Both the position numbers and the translations under genes were made by a program. Under the pieces are notes generated by a model that was not told the DNA's origin, made no database searches, and saw only the letters and a list, made by a program, of their open reading frames with translations. A stretch of DNA of 63,979 nt, counting the filler, from Neoconidiobolus thromboides FSU 785 (taxonomy: Eukaryota > Fungi > Entomophthoromycota), in assembly GCA_025603075.1 (NCBI GenBank). It is 14 parts of 14 records of this genome, joined end to end, with 100 filler letters (N's around TTAATTAATTAA, not from the genome) between each part and the next. Parts side by side here need not be neighbours in the genome. Positions count along the whole stretch, not along the records: positions 38,307 to 54,412 come from MU626592.1; 13 more parts are not named here. The stretch is one strand, 5' to 3'. The stretch's first letter is position 1. Every line of letters begins with the position of its first letter. Below, in pieces: positions 41,620 through 52,269 of this stretch.

Positions 41620-41717
41620 GGTAATGTGTATTTATGCTCAAGAATTTTACTAATAATTTTTCCACTCAAATAGGGCTTAAAAAGTGGAAAAAGTAATGAA
41701 ACCAGAAAAATATCCCT
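41620..41717 (+). mobile_element. Degenerate MITE
   Basis: Core AAGAATTTTACTAATAATTTTTCCACTCAAATAGGGCTTAAAAAGTGGAAAAAGTAATGAA. Confidence 0.75.
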
Positions 41718-41992
41718 GGTTAATGTCTGATTTTAATTAGAAATCAGTTAGTTAAGAAGTTATAACTATCTTATATTATTATTCTTGTCTATATATACAA
41801 GCTTTCAAACTGTATTTGTTTTATCTCACTTAACTATAAACCAATCAATCTGAATTGCTTAAATATTTCCACTTGGTTTTTACTAATTTAATAGGCTATA
41901 ATTTTAAACGCTTGTTTAGAATTCTAAAAGAATAAGCAAATTGAAATCTTTTCAATAGTATTAAATTTTAAAAACTAAAAACATTATATAGG

Positions 41993-42437
41993 TGTGAAAT
42001 CTGGTACTCAGTGTTTGGAGTCAAGAACAGCTATTGCTGGGTTGACTACACTATAAGCCGAAAGGTCTTAGTTTATGTGACTAAGATAGACTTGGATTAT
42101 GAGGAATATCACGTAATAGGTTACTAGCTATATAAGACAAATAGAATAGACAATACTAACGTAAAATCTATGTAAAATACTATTAATAAAACTTAGTGGT
42201 TTTATTAAATGTACGAGATATCAGGGAATAATTCAGTTAAAAAGCCTTGACCAACTATACTCTGAAAAGTATAAATATCAAAATGAGAAGATGATACTCT
42301 TTGGGATGAAACTAGAAACCCTCATAGCAAATCAAACTAAGAGCCTGGGATTAATTGTCTCTAAACTCGAGAATACAACAGCTTAGGCGCTTATTATTCT
42401 ATAATTAACCATGGGACTGACAAAGCGATATTTCACA
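41993..42437 (+). mobile_element. 445-bp dispersed repeat with TGTGAAAT...ATTTCACA ends (solo-LTR-like or non-autonomous TIR element), reference copy
   Basis: 8-bp terminal inverted repeat with TG...CA ends; at least 11 copies or fragments in the window; no TSD visible. Confidence 0.8.
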
Positions 42438-42487
42438 GCAGAAACACTATTAGTTAAATTCTTAAACAAAAAAATATATCATCATAT

Positions 42488-42583
42488 AGGGATGTGTTTT
42501 TTTATTTAAGAATTTTACTACAATCTTTCCACTCAAATAGCGTTTAAAAAATGGAAAAGTAATGAAACTAAAAAAACAGCCCC
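42488..42583 (+). mobile_element. ~98-bp MITE, preceded by a partial opposite-strand copy (~42438-42483) sharing ATAT
   Basis: ATAT/ATAT TSD. Confidence 0.85.
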
Positions 42584-42721
42584 ATATATTAAAACTTTAG
42601 CTGATATCAATATATAGGTTATATTAGTAAAAGTTTTATTAATCCAAGGATTTTTGTTAAATCTAACAAAAATCCTACTAATTTACAATACAAATTATAG
42701 TGAGATAATTTAAAACTATAT

Positions 42722-42820
42722 GGGGCTGTTTTTTTTGGTTTCATAACTTTTTCCATTTTTTAAGCACTATTCGAGCGGAAAAATTGTTAGTAAAATTATT
42801 AAGCAAAAAAATACATCCCC
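42722..42820 (-). mobile_element. ~98-bp MITE
   Basis: ATAT/ATAT TSD. Confidence 0.88.
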
Positions 42821-42895
42821 ATATTATGTATTCTTATTTTATAATAAAAAACTTATTTTTATAAAATTTTAAGCAAAGTTTTTAAAACATAAAAT

Positions 42896-42995
42896 GGGAG
42901 TGTTTTTTTTTGGCTTCATTACTTTTTCCATCTTTTAAGCGCTATTTGCGTGGAAAAATTATTAGTAAAATTCTTAAACACAAAAATACATCCCC
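42896..42995 (-). mobile_element. ~98-bp MITE
   Basis: AAAT/ATAT flanks. Confidence 0.85.
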
Positions 42996-44079
42996 ATATA
43001 CTTGTCCTTTTATTATGACCAAGTGAGCCTTGACCTACTAACATGGCAATAACAGCATTTTACTAAAGAAAATAGCTATTAAGAGGATTTTAATATAGCT
43101 CAATTAAAATTATTACGAATTTTGAACACAAAAATACAACGATTAAAGTACTAAAAGTACATAATATTTTTTTCAGAATTTCGATAACTATATTAAAGCT
43201 CAGCTACTGATATTCCTTTTTTACATACTACCACCGAAGCTCCAACTTCAAGCCTTCAGTTAAGATAATCTTGAAACACCCCTTCTACTTGATTACATTC
43301 TTTTTCACATTTTACCTATTGGATAATTAGGTTGAAAAAAATTAAAATACCTAATATAGCATGGAAGGTATGTATGTACTTTTAATAATTTTTTACCAAA
43401 ATAAATCGAAATTATTTTGGATGCTAAAATAAAATGTTACAATTATGAACATGGCTTGATTATTTTTTATAAATCGAAGGAGGTACTTATATACATTTTT
43501 ATCAAATTTCATAATCTATTTTGAAGTGTCTTTTTGTTCCATCACTCTTTTTATCTTTTAGGTGCTATTGAGCCGAAAAAATGGTATTAGATTTCTTCGA
43601 TAAAAAGGGAAATCCTTATATATTAATTGGCTATAATGTTTGGTTTTTTCGGTTCAATTTCAAAGTGGAATTTCTAGTTGAACAAAAATTACTTCAATTG
43701 TTTCTGAAAAATTAAAAACAGTCACATTCTACTTTTATTGCTCTTCAAAAGATTACAACACAGCAATTATTTCAATCGATTGACACATTACAATATTCAA
43801 TTAAGTAATTGACAGTATTAATTTAATACATAATGAACAAAAAGATCAACAGCAATAGTGAATGATTTTCTTTCTAGCAAAAAATAATGCCCAAATTAGA
43901 CTCTAAAAGGCCAAATCTTTTAATTTTAGCCACAAAAAATTGAAAAAATAAAATTGAGTGACACTAAAGATAATCATATCAATTAGACTATCACAAGTTG
44001 AAATAAATACAAATATAATAAATTGGGATATTCACTTTTTATATTAATTTTAATATTTAAAAAATTACATATTAAAAAA

Positions 44080-46191
44080 ATGAAAAATTTAATTGCTGCA
44101 CTGGCTGCTGCCAATTTAATCTTAGCCGCACCAAGCCAAGCACCTAATAAGCATGAGTTGCGCAATAACAACTTACCTATCAACAATGTGAAACCTCAAA
44201 TGGCTAAACCAGATAATAAAGAAAGTAATGAATACTTATTATTGACTGATGCGCCAGAAGATACCTTGAATGCCCCACAGGCTCCCAATGGAAAGAGTTT
44301 AAAGAAACCAAATGATTATATATTATTGCAACCTCAACCAAAGACATTTGATCCCAACGAAAATCATGATTTTGTACTATTAGAGCCAACTCAAGAACCT
44401 GATTCTAGACCTATTGTCGAACGTAAAGGTTCTATGGATGATTTCGTATTATTAACTCCTCCCACAGATGATAATGAAGAACCTAAGCCATTAAGTGATT
44501 TATTAAATACAATTGAAGAAAAATCACCTAAAGAAGATTTAATTGATGACAAGACTTCTCCCGACAATGCTTTAGACCTTGATAATGTATCTGATAATAA
44601 TGAAAGTACTAATAGAAAGAGACCTAATTCTTATAAAAAAGGATACGGTAATAACGGATATAAGAAGAAAGGATATGGTAATAATGGATATAAGAGGAAG
44701 CCATATGGAAGCAATGGATATGGAAAACAAAGATTGTGTGATGGTGGCGCTAAGGGTGATGCTAATAACAAAGTAAGATGTCTACCACCCGTTGACTTAT
44801 CGACTGCTGTTCCTTTCCTTCCTGGCCCTGCTATTGTTGGTGATGATATTGATATTGATATTGATATTGATGGTAATGGTGATATTGATCCTGGCTTTAG
44901 TAAAATTCCAGCTGGAGGTGATATTGATCCTGGCTTTGGCAAAATTCCAGATGAAGGTGATAAAAAGAACGATAACAAAGATGATAAACATCCTTCAGCA
45001 TCAACTAAAGAAGCCGATAGTAAAAAACCAGAAGATAAAAAGGATGACAAAGTAACTTCTGATGATGTTGATGACATTCTCGAAGGTGGTGATAAAGATA
45101 ATAACAAAGATTCTACTCCTGTCAAATCTGATGATAAGAAAGGTGAAAAGAAACCAGAAGGAATAAAACAAACCGCTCCTATTACATCAGGAAACAAAGA
45201 TACTAAAGATAAACCAAAGAAAGAAGAAGATTTAAGTGATCTTTTCACTGGTATTGATGATGACATTGAAGTTCATAGAGATGATGATAATATTGATGCT
45301 CATAATGATAGTAATGCTACTGATAATACTGATAATGCTGATATCACCGATGATCTTATTGTTGAGTTACCAAGTGAAGATAAACCAGTTAAAGGTGATT
45401 CTAATAAACCAAAGGATTATGCTGATAAAAATGCCTCTTCTGGAAAAGATAAACCAAAAGATACTTCTTCTGGAAATGACAAACCAAAAGATACTTCTTC
45501 TGGAAAAGATAAACCAAAAGATACTTCTTCTGGAAAAGATAAACCAAAAGATACTTCTTCTGGAAATGACAAACCAAAAGATACTAAAAATGAATCAAAA
45601 GATGATAATTTGATTGGTATTTTCCCGGATGAAGATGATTTAGCTAAAATTGATTTAGATGGTGAAATTGAAGATGATGGCTTCATTGGTATCTTCCCAG
45701 GTGAAGATAAATCAACTAAAGCTGATACTAATAAACCAAAAGATAATAATGACAAACCAAAAGATAATAATGACAAGCCAAAAGATAGTAAAGATAAACC
45801 AAAAGATATTAATGACATCGATGATTTTATTGGTATTTTCCCAGGTGAAGATGATTCCACTAATGTTGATTTAGATGGTGATAGTAAAAACGATGATAAT
45901 ATCGATGATTTCTTGAACTTAGTTGAAGAACCTAATAAAGCTCCTAATAAGGATTCTGATAAAGAAACTCATCCTTCGAGAGGAGGTGCTTCTGGAGATA
46001 ATAAACCTCATGATGGAAAACAAAAACATGGTAGACCAGGGTATGGAAAACCAAGTTATGGAAGGCCAGGGTATGGAAAACCAAGTTATGGTAGAAAACC
46101 ATATGGTAAGCCAAGTTATGGGAAACCAAATTATGGTAAATCTAGAAGAATAAGACCAACTCCAATTGCTAAGCTTGATTTAAAATTATAG
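44080..46191 (+). CDS. Large secreted, repeat-rich acidic protein with Gly/Tyr/Lys-rich modules
   Basis: Signal peptide MKNLIAALAAANLILA from ATG 44080; intronless ORF with GYGNNGYKKK, GDIDPGF.KIP, KDKPKDTSSG (30-nt units), F.GIFPGED, DKPKDNN and GKPSY/GRPGY repeats. Confidence 0.85.
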   Translation: MKNLIAALAAANLILAAPSQAPNKHELRNNNLPINNVKPQMAKPDNKESNEYLLLTDAPEDTLNAPQAPNGKSLKKPNDYILLQPQPKTFDPNENHDFVLLEPTQEPDSRPIVERKGSMDDFVLLTPPTDDNEEPKPLSDLLNTIEEKSPKEDLIDDKTSPDNALDLDNVSDNNESTNRKRPNSYKKGYGNNGYKKKGYGNNGYKRKPYGSNGYGKQRLCDGGAKGDANNKVRCLPPVDLSTAVPFLPGPAIVGDDIDIDIDIDGNGDIDPGFSKIPAGGDIDPGFGKIPDEGDKKNDNKDDKHPSASTKEADSKKPEDKKDDKVTSDDVDDILEGGDKDNNKDSTPVKSDDKKGEKKPEGIKQTAPITSGNKDTKDKPKKEEDLSDLFTGIDDDIEVHRDDDNIDAHNDSNATDNTDNADITDDLIVELPSEDKPVKGDSNKPKDYADKNASSGKDKPKDTSSGNDKPKDTSSGKDKPKDTSSGKDKPKDTSSGNDKPKDTKNESKDDNLIGIFPDEDDLAKIDLDGEIEDDGFIGIFPGEDKSTKADTNKPKDNNDKPKDNNDKPKDSKDKPKDINDIDDFIGIFPGEDDSTNVDLDGDSKNDDNIDDFLNLVEEPNKAPNKDSDKETHPSRGGASGDNKPHDGKQKHGRPGYGKPSYGRPGYGKPSYGRKPYGKPSYGKPNYGKSRRIRPTPIAKLDLKL

Positions 46192-46402
46192 TCATCGGAA
46201 GTTAACTATAATTTAATAAATTTATTTATTTTTATAAATTATTCTTAGAATTTTGTTTTATTTTTATTTATGCGTATTTTTAAAAATGTTTGCCTGAGAA
46301 GAGATAAAAGGTTAAATTTAAGCTTCAATTAAGGCCTATTTTCTAATTTCAAAAATCTTATGAAGTGGCAGATTCTTTTATTTTGAGTTGACTTTTATTA
46401 AT

Positions 46403-46498
46403 GGGGATGTTTTTTTGTTTAAGAATTTTACTAACAACCTTTCCACTTAATAGCGCTTAAAAAAATGGAAAAATAATGAAATCAAAAAAAACATCCCC
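46403..46498 (+). mobile_element. ~98-bp MITE
   Basis: GGGGATGT...ACATCCCC; AAT on both flanks. Confidence 0.85.
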
Positions 46499-47200
46499 AA
46501 TAAATAGAATTTTAAATGGTTAAATTCAAAGTTCTAAGGAGAGAAGAATGATTCAATATTTATAGCTACAGATAATTTCTTTGACCACAAGCTTAATTCG
46601 AACTCCAATCTATTCAGTTTAAGCTACCTATTGTACATTACATTATCTGGTAGTTATAGAAGAAATATAATTATTATATGTAATTATAAGTGGGGCTTTT
46701 TTAAAAAAGAACTTTATAATATTAAAATGAATTTCAAACATATTATTTCAATAATTTTATAATATTGCTATTCGATAAACTTAAACTATTAAATAATAAT
46801 AAAAATACCTTTATTTTTATTATTATTTTAGCACTGAGTTGATTTAAAGATACCGTTAAAAAGATATAAAACAAACGTACTTATATAGTTGGACTTTAAT
46901 GATTATAATAATATAATAAGATTGTCAAATAAATTTATACTTTCGTATCTTTGACTAATAGCTTATCTATATTTAAAAATAATAACCAAAATTTATTCAA
47001 TAGGATTATAAACTGCCATTGAATTAATGAATATAAATTTAAAGATACTAAAAATCAATATTTAAAACTAACTGAAAAATGAGATTTTGATTTTCGGAAA
47101 TTAAAAAAATTCAAAGAATATAAATAAACTTTTGTTTATTACAAACCCACTTTTAACTTAACTATTTAATTTAATAATTCCTTGCATCTCTTATTTAATA

Positions 47201-47518
47201 ATGAAATATATAACCATTATCTTATCATTACTTACTTTAATTCATTCGAATACAGCACAATCTATTGCAGAGATAGGTTTTAATACACCAGAACATGCAG
47301 CTACTTTAATGAAACCAGAAGCTAAAATAATTAATATTGATGAAAGATATGATTATTTAATGCCCAAACAAGAAGAATTTAACAACTTAAATGATTTATA
47401 TTTAATTTATTTAGATGTTACTACGGGTAATGAATACTATAAAGTTCACGTTAAAGAAAGAAAGTTTTCAAAATTATTAAACGAGTTATTATTCTTTGAT
47501 AATTTTTTTAAAGTTTAG
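47201..47518 (+). CDS. Small putative secreted protein (105 aa), function unknown
   Basis: Hydrophobic N-terminus MKYITIILSLLTLIHSNTA; 315-nt open frame in DNA where stops are frequent. Confidence 0.55.
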   Translation: MKYITIILSLLTLIHSNTAQSIAEIGFNTPEHAATLMKPEAKIINIDERYDYLMPKQEEFNNLNDLYLIYLDVTTGNEYYKVHVKERKFSKLLNELLFFDNFFKV

Positions 47519-47589
47519 ACTAAATTGAATAAAATTATTTAAACAAAATCAATATTTATTATTGTTATATTACTATTATTTTATTACTA

Positions 47590-49479
47590 TTATAAAAAAT
47601 CTTTAAAATAATTAAATATCTTGGACATTCTATTTAACTTAGAATATGATGGATATCTAATAATTGGTTTTGATTGGCCATAAAAAATGATTGAATAATT
47701 AATGAATTTTCCATGTTTAAAATTATGATGGTGAATATCTTTAACTTTTAATTTCCATTCACCAACAATTGGCTCATCAAAATGTTTAACTGTCATTACA
47801 GTCCAATCTTCAAAACCTTCATTAGATTTATCATAAGGTCTAGATTCAATGACTTTTGATACAATATTATTAGGTGAAATTAATTCCATTTCAACATCTC
47901 TTCTTCTGTCATGTTTAATATTAACTTTAATAGTAACATGTTCCAAAGTATCAAAGTTATTACTATTTACCATTTCAGGAGTAACAATAATAGATGTCAA
48001 TAAACCATCATTAGTTTCTGGAATTCTTTCATCTACTTCAATTGTAGGTATCTGGATTTGAGTTTGTGGACGTACGTTTTGGAAATGAATAGCAGCATCA
48101 ATGAACCTACTAGCATCCATTTTACCATAACCAAACATATTTGAATAAGGTCTTCCAACGTAAGTAGTAGCCCAAGATGGATGATCTAAAGAAACAGGTA
48201 CTGAATTTTGAATAATCAAATGTTGAATATCTCTCCAAGAAAGATCAGGTCTAGCTTCTAAAGCTAAAGCTACTACTCCAGAAATTAAAGGACCAGCAGC
48301 ACTAGTACCCGAATGTTTTGAAGTACATTTACCATTAACATCCGTAGTAAATATAGTATCTCTACCATTATCATCTCCTGAATAAGTCACTAAAAGTAAA
48401 GCTGAGCAACCTTCTGAATATTTCGGTATTTTATTGTATCGATCAATAGCACCCACAGCAATTGTATAAATAGAATTAACATAACCATCAAAATTACAAT
48501 TATCTTTATATAAACCCCCATTACCACTAGCAAATACATAAACATTACCTCTACCTTGACGACCATTAGTAATTGAATTTATTATACTTTTTTGAGCTAT
48601 TTTGGATGGTTCACCAATACTTTGACCATCATCTTGTGGTCCCCATGAACAAGAATAAATATCATTTAAATCATTACGATAACTTAATGCACTTGCTTCT
48701 GAATGAGCATATAATGGGGCTGATAATGCCCGAATACCACTCACTTTAGAATTATAGGCAATACCTACCCCACAAGCATTATCTTTGGCTGCACTGACTT
48801 CACCAGCGCATCGAGTTCCATGGGAATCACTACCTAATTTTGGTATTGGATCAGTACTATTGGTATTAAAATCATAACTTGCTAATGGATCATATTTATA
48901 ACTAAATTCTTCATTTAAATGATCTAAACCATCATCAACAAAAGCAACCGTTATCCCCTTTCCAGTTAAACCCCTTTCCCATACAGGTAATAGATTCAAA
49001 TCATTGCCTTTATTTCTTTTATTTAATATATGCCATTGATGACTAAAACCAGGATCTCTTATATTTAATTCACTACGTGCTTGTAATTCTCGAACTTCTA
49101 GTTCTCTTTTATTAAGTTCTCGGTGAAACAATTTGGGTAATATTCTTCTTTTATAAACTTTAGAAATCTCTTGATGTTCAATATCTAATATATTTTTAGC
49201 TATATGATCCCCAAATTGCTGTTGGTGTTTTTTTATCATTAAGTTGATTCCTTCTTTTTCTTCATAATGGGCTACTTTGGCTTTGTATAGATAATGGTTG
49301 GGAACACTTAAGACTGGTTCTTGATATTCTAAATTCAGCGATGAATCGATTCTTTTTGGATCCAGTCCAGGAGATAATTCCAAGACTACAAAATGATGCT
49401 TCTGTTGGTCAACAATTTGAGTTGCTTCAATTAAGTTGCTTGTATATAGTGCTAGATAGAATATCGAAGAAAATAGCAT
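47590..49479 (-). CDS. Kexin/furin-family proprotein convertase (S8B) lacking a Ser/Thr region, TM segment and cytosolic tail
   Basis: Signal peptide, prodomain with KVYKR, catalytic VDDG, HGTRCAGE, GNGG and GTSAA, and a P-domain (EHV...H.RR.D). The stop comes about 30 aa after the P-domain. Confidence 0.92.
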   Translation of the reverse strand: MLFSSIFYLALYTSNLIEATQIVDQQKHHFVVLELSPGLDPKRIDSSLNLEYQEPVLSVPNHYLYKAKVAHYEEKEGINLMIKKHQQQFGDHIAKNILDIEHQEISKVYKRRILPKLFHRELNKRELEVRELQARSELNIRDPGFSHQWHILNKRNKGNDLNLLPVWERGLTGKGITVAFVDDGLDHLNEEFSYKYDPLASYDFNTNSTDPIPKLGSDSHGTRCAGEVSAAKDNACGVGIAYNSKVSGIRALSAPLYAHSEASALSYRNDLNDIYSCSWGPQDDGQSIGEPSKIAQKSIINSITNGRQGRGNVYVFASGNGGLYKDNCNFDGYVNSIYTIAVGAIDRYNKIPKYSEGCSALLLVTYSGDDNGRDTIFTTDVNGKCTSKHSGTSAAGPLISGVVALALEARPDLSWRDIQHLIIQNSVPVSLDHPSWATTYVGRPYSNMFGYGKMDASRFIDAAIHFQNVRPQTQIQIPTIEVDERIPETNDGLLTSIIVTPEMVNSNNFDTLEHVTIKVNIKHDRRRDVEMELISPNNIVSKVIESRPYDKSNEGFEDWTVMTVKHFDEPIVGEWKLKVKDIHHHNFKHGKFINYSIIFYGQSKPIIRYPSYSKLNRMSKIFNYFKDFL

Positions 49480-51721
49480 GGCTGATATGAATTGATATGG
49501 ATTAAATTAAGAGAAAGTATCAAAAACACAATATGAATAATTTAATAAAAATAGGAATAAACCTATGTACAATAAGTATATATATACAAATGAATACTTC
49601 TAATTAATGTAATTAATTACTAGCGTTATATACTTTTTAATAACAATTGAAAAATACTACAATTAATAAATTAACTAATAAATTTCTCCTTTATTTGAAT
49701 TCTACTATTACTTAATTTGTCCTTTTTTTAAAAATAATTTGTTATTGTTATTCCTTCAATTTGAGCAATTATTATTTGAGTTTTTATAAAATTATTACTC
49801 ATTTTTTATTGCTTGTTTTGAAAGTTCTTAACCCATTTTATGCCCCCTTTCAGTATTTACGGAAATGTAACTAGCATCCAAAATACTCCGTGAATTTGCA
49901 AACTAATTATAGTTTTGCAAAATTGGTTCAGAAGTTGTAATAAAATTAATGATTAAATTATTAATAGTTAGCGGATATATTAGATTGTAATGAAATAGTT
50001 GATTGACTTTAAAATTTAAAAAGTGGAATTCAATTGTTTTTATTTGTTGTAAAAAAAGAGACCCATTGTTAGGGAAAATAAAAGTCAAAAGTGACTTGTA
50101 TTTCCAAACTTTGGAATTTGATTCCTGTTTTCTATTGAAATTTTCTAAAAACGAGGAAATCATTAATATGCATTAAGAAGGAAAGACGAATTCTTTCTGC
50201 AAAGATTCTTATATAGTGTCAAAGGAAAAAGGTATTGATGTAAAGTTTTACAATTAAAACAAATTTGGTATGGAAGGAATTAATGAGCAGCAAAATGGAA
50301 CATATAATCATGTAGTAAGTTAATTTATTGAAATTTAAAGAAACATGAATAGTAATCTAACTCAAACGATACATAAAGAGCTAATATAGGCGAAAAATAT
50401 TAATAAATACAATTTTTATTCTCATTTAAAAAAGTTTATGTACAATTAGTTTTTGATGGTAGAAATTATTGCTCTCAAAGCTTTAGTCTCTTTTTTGATT
50501 TTTTGGTGTTATATGTTATAATAATATTATGAATAGATCATTTATTATATATTATAGTAGTCTTTTGGATACTATACATAATCTCAGCTCATCATATTTT
50601 TTACTAGAGTCTAATTCTTCCAATTTGATCTAATTAAGTAAAAATTTCGTATTCAGTTGAGCTTTCTGTTTAATAAAATTTTGCACAAAGGAGAGCAAAC
50701 CATTTACTATAAACCAAAGCACTTGGTATTTCATAACTTCCAAGAATTAAAAATAACGGATAAAGCGAATCAATTATCCAATCTCTAGCATTTCCAATGT
50801 TGAAATATCACATTGAATTCAATACTAGTTATTTTAATGACAATTTGCATCAATGGAAGCCATTCTTGCTTATCTTGATAGATAAAATAACCCACTTTCA
50901 TCTTTTAAATAAGTCAACTTCCCATAATCATATAATTCATTGTTTTTCAACCTACAACAGGTAATAGTACTCAATCTAGGTATCAAAAAGTTAGAGGATT
51001 GTTGCCTTCATTTACTCCTACAGTGTTGCGGTATTGCATAGTTTTTAACTATAGCATGACATTTGCTTCCATGCTCATCACATGGTCAAAGTCAGTAGAT
51101 TTCAAGTGAAAGTGTTTGCAATGTAAGGTTTCGAAGAATTTAAGCATGTGAGCACTTAATTATATGTTAGGAAAAAGACTAAACTGTAGCTTTCCAACAT
51201 GCATTTTTTTAGATACATAGATTTTTGAATTGTTTTTATAGTGGTCTTTTGCATTTTGTAATAGCAATACTATATAGTATTCGTTATGATGATATAATGT
51301 TTATTACAAGTTTGAGATTAAAAAACAATTTGAAGTAAAAAATAAATCTATAAAGACAACACAAGTAAAAAAATGCTTTGAACTTTAATCTCTAAGTTCA
51401 TGTAAATTGAGTTATATGGATGTGGTTGAAGGATATTGAATCCTTAAAGGAATGATGTTTTATATGTTTGCCACTCAGGATAATTGGTTAAATTCAATCT
51501 AGAAAAAATTCGGGTTGTTTGTTTCAAGATATTGCCCACTTTAATTGAGTATAAATTTCAAAAAAATTCTTTCATAAACAAAAAATATATTAACCTGTTT
51601 ATTATTGAGATTAAAAAAACAAAATGTCAGATTTTATTAACATTAATTTCAATTTATTATAAAAAAAACTATATCCATTCTCTTTGACTTCCATCAATAA
51701 AAAAATCTTTATAAATATACT

Positions 51722-51907
51722 TTAGTTCTTACCAGGTGGATAACGAACAAAGAAAGGATCATGTTGTTTAGCATTAGGTACTCGATTATGATTTAAGCCG
51801 TTTTTAAAACTTCTTCTTAAATAAGGTCGATGAATGGGTAGTCCATTGATGTTAGGCAAAGTTAAGCCAATTACTAAAGCTACTAGAAAGGTACTGTTTT
51901 TAATCAT
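51722..51907 (-). CDS. Small putative secreted peptide precursor (61 aa)
   Basis: MIKNSTFLVALVIGLTLPNINGLP-IHRPYLRR-SFKNGLNHNRVPNAKQHDPFFVRYPPGKN: signal peptide, LP start and dibasic RR. Confidence 0.55.
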   Translation of the reverse strand: MIKNSTFLVALVIGLTLPNINGLPIHRPYLRRSFKNGLNHNRVPNAKQHDPFFVRYPPGKN

Positions 51908-52170
51908 TTTGATTGTTATATTTAAAAGAGAAAATATCAATGCTTATATAATGCTAGCAATTTTAAAAAATTATCGAATCGTTGATCAAATCCCTCATTT
52001 ATATCTCTTTTTAAAAATTGATTCATTGAGTTTTTACACTGCTTCAAATTAGCAGAATGAGAGTTTGTTTCAGTGTTTTGAATTGAGATTACAAGAAATG
52101 ATTACAATGAATTTAATTTATTGTTTAATTGTTAATTTTTATTAAAATCAATAATATACATACAACTTAT

Positions 52171-52269
52171 GGGGATGTATTTTTTTGTTTAAGAGCTTTA
52201 CTAACAACCTTTCCACTCAAATAGCGCTTAAAAAATGGAGAAAATGATAAAACTAAAAAAAACATTCCC
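52171..52269 (+). mobile_element. ~98-bp MITE
   Basis: Non-palindromic 4-bp TSD TTAT/TTAT. Confidence 0.88.

Noticed and set aside
41993-42130. Frame CEIWYSV...SYCWVDY in the TG...CA repeat as a coding region
   Set aside because: No start codon, and stops fall at different positions in different copies.
44204-46153. Many overlapping ORFs in other frames and on the minus strand (44579, 44631, 44792, 45236, 45417, 45659, 45923 and others)
   Set aside because: Shadows of the repetitive, low-complexity secreted protein.
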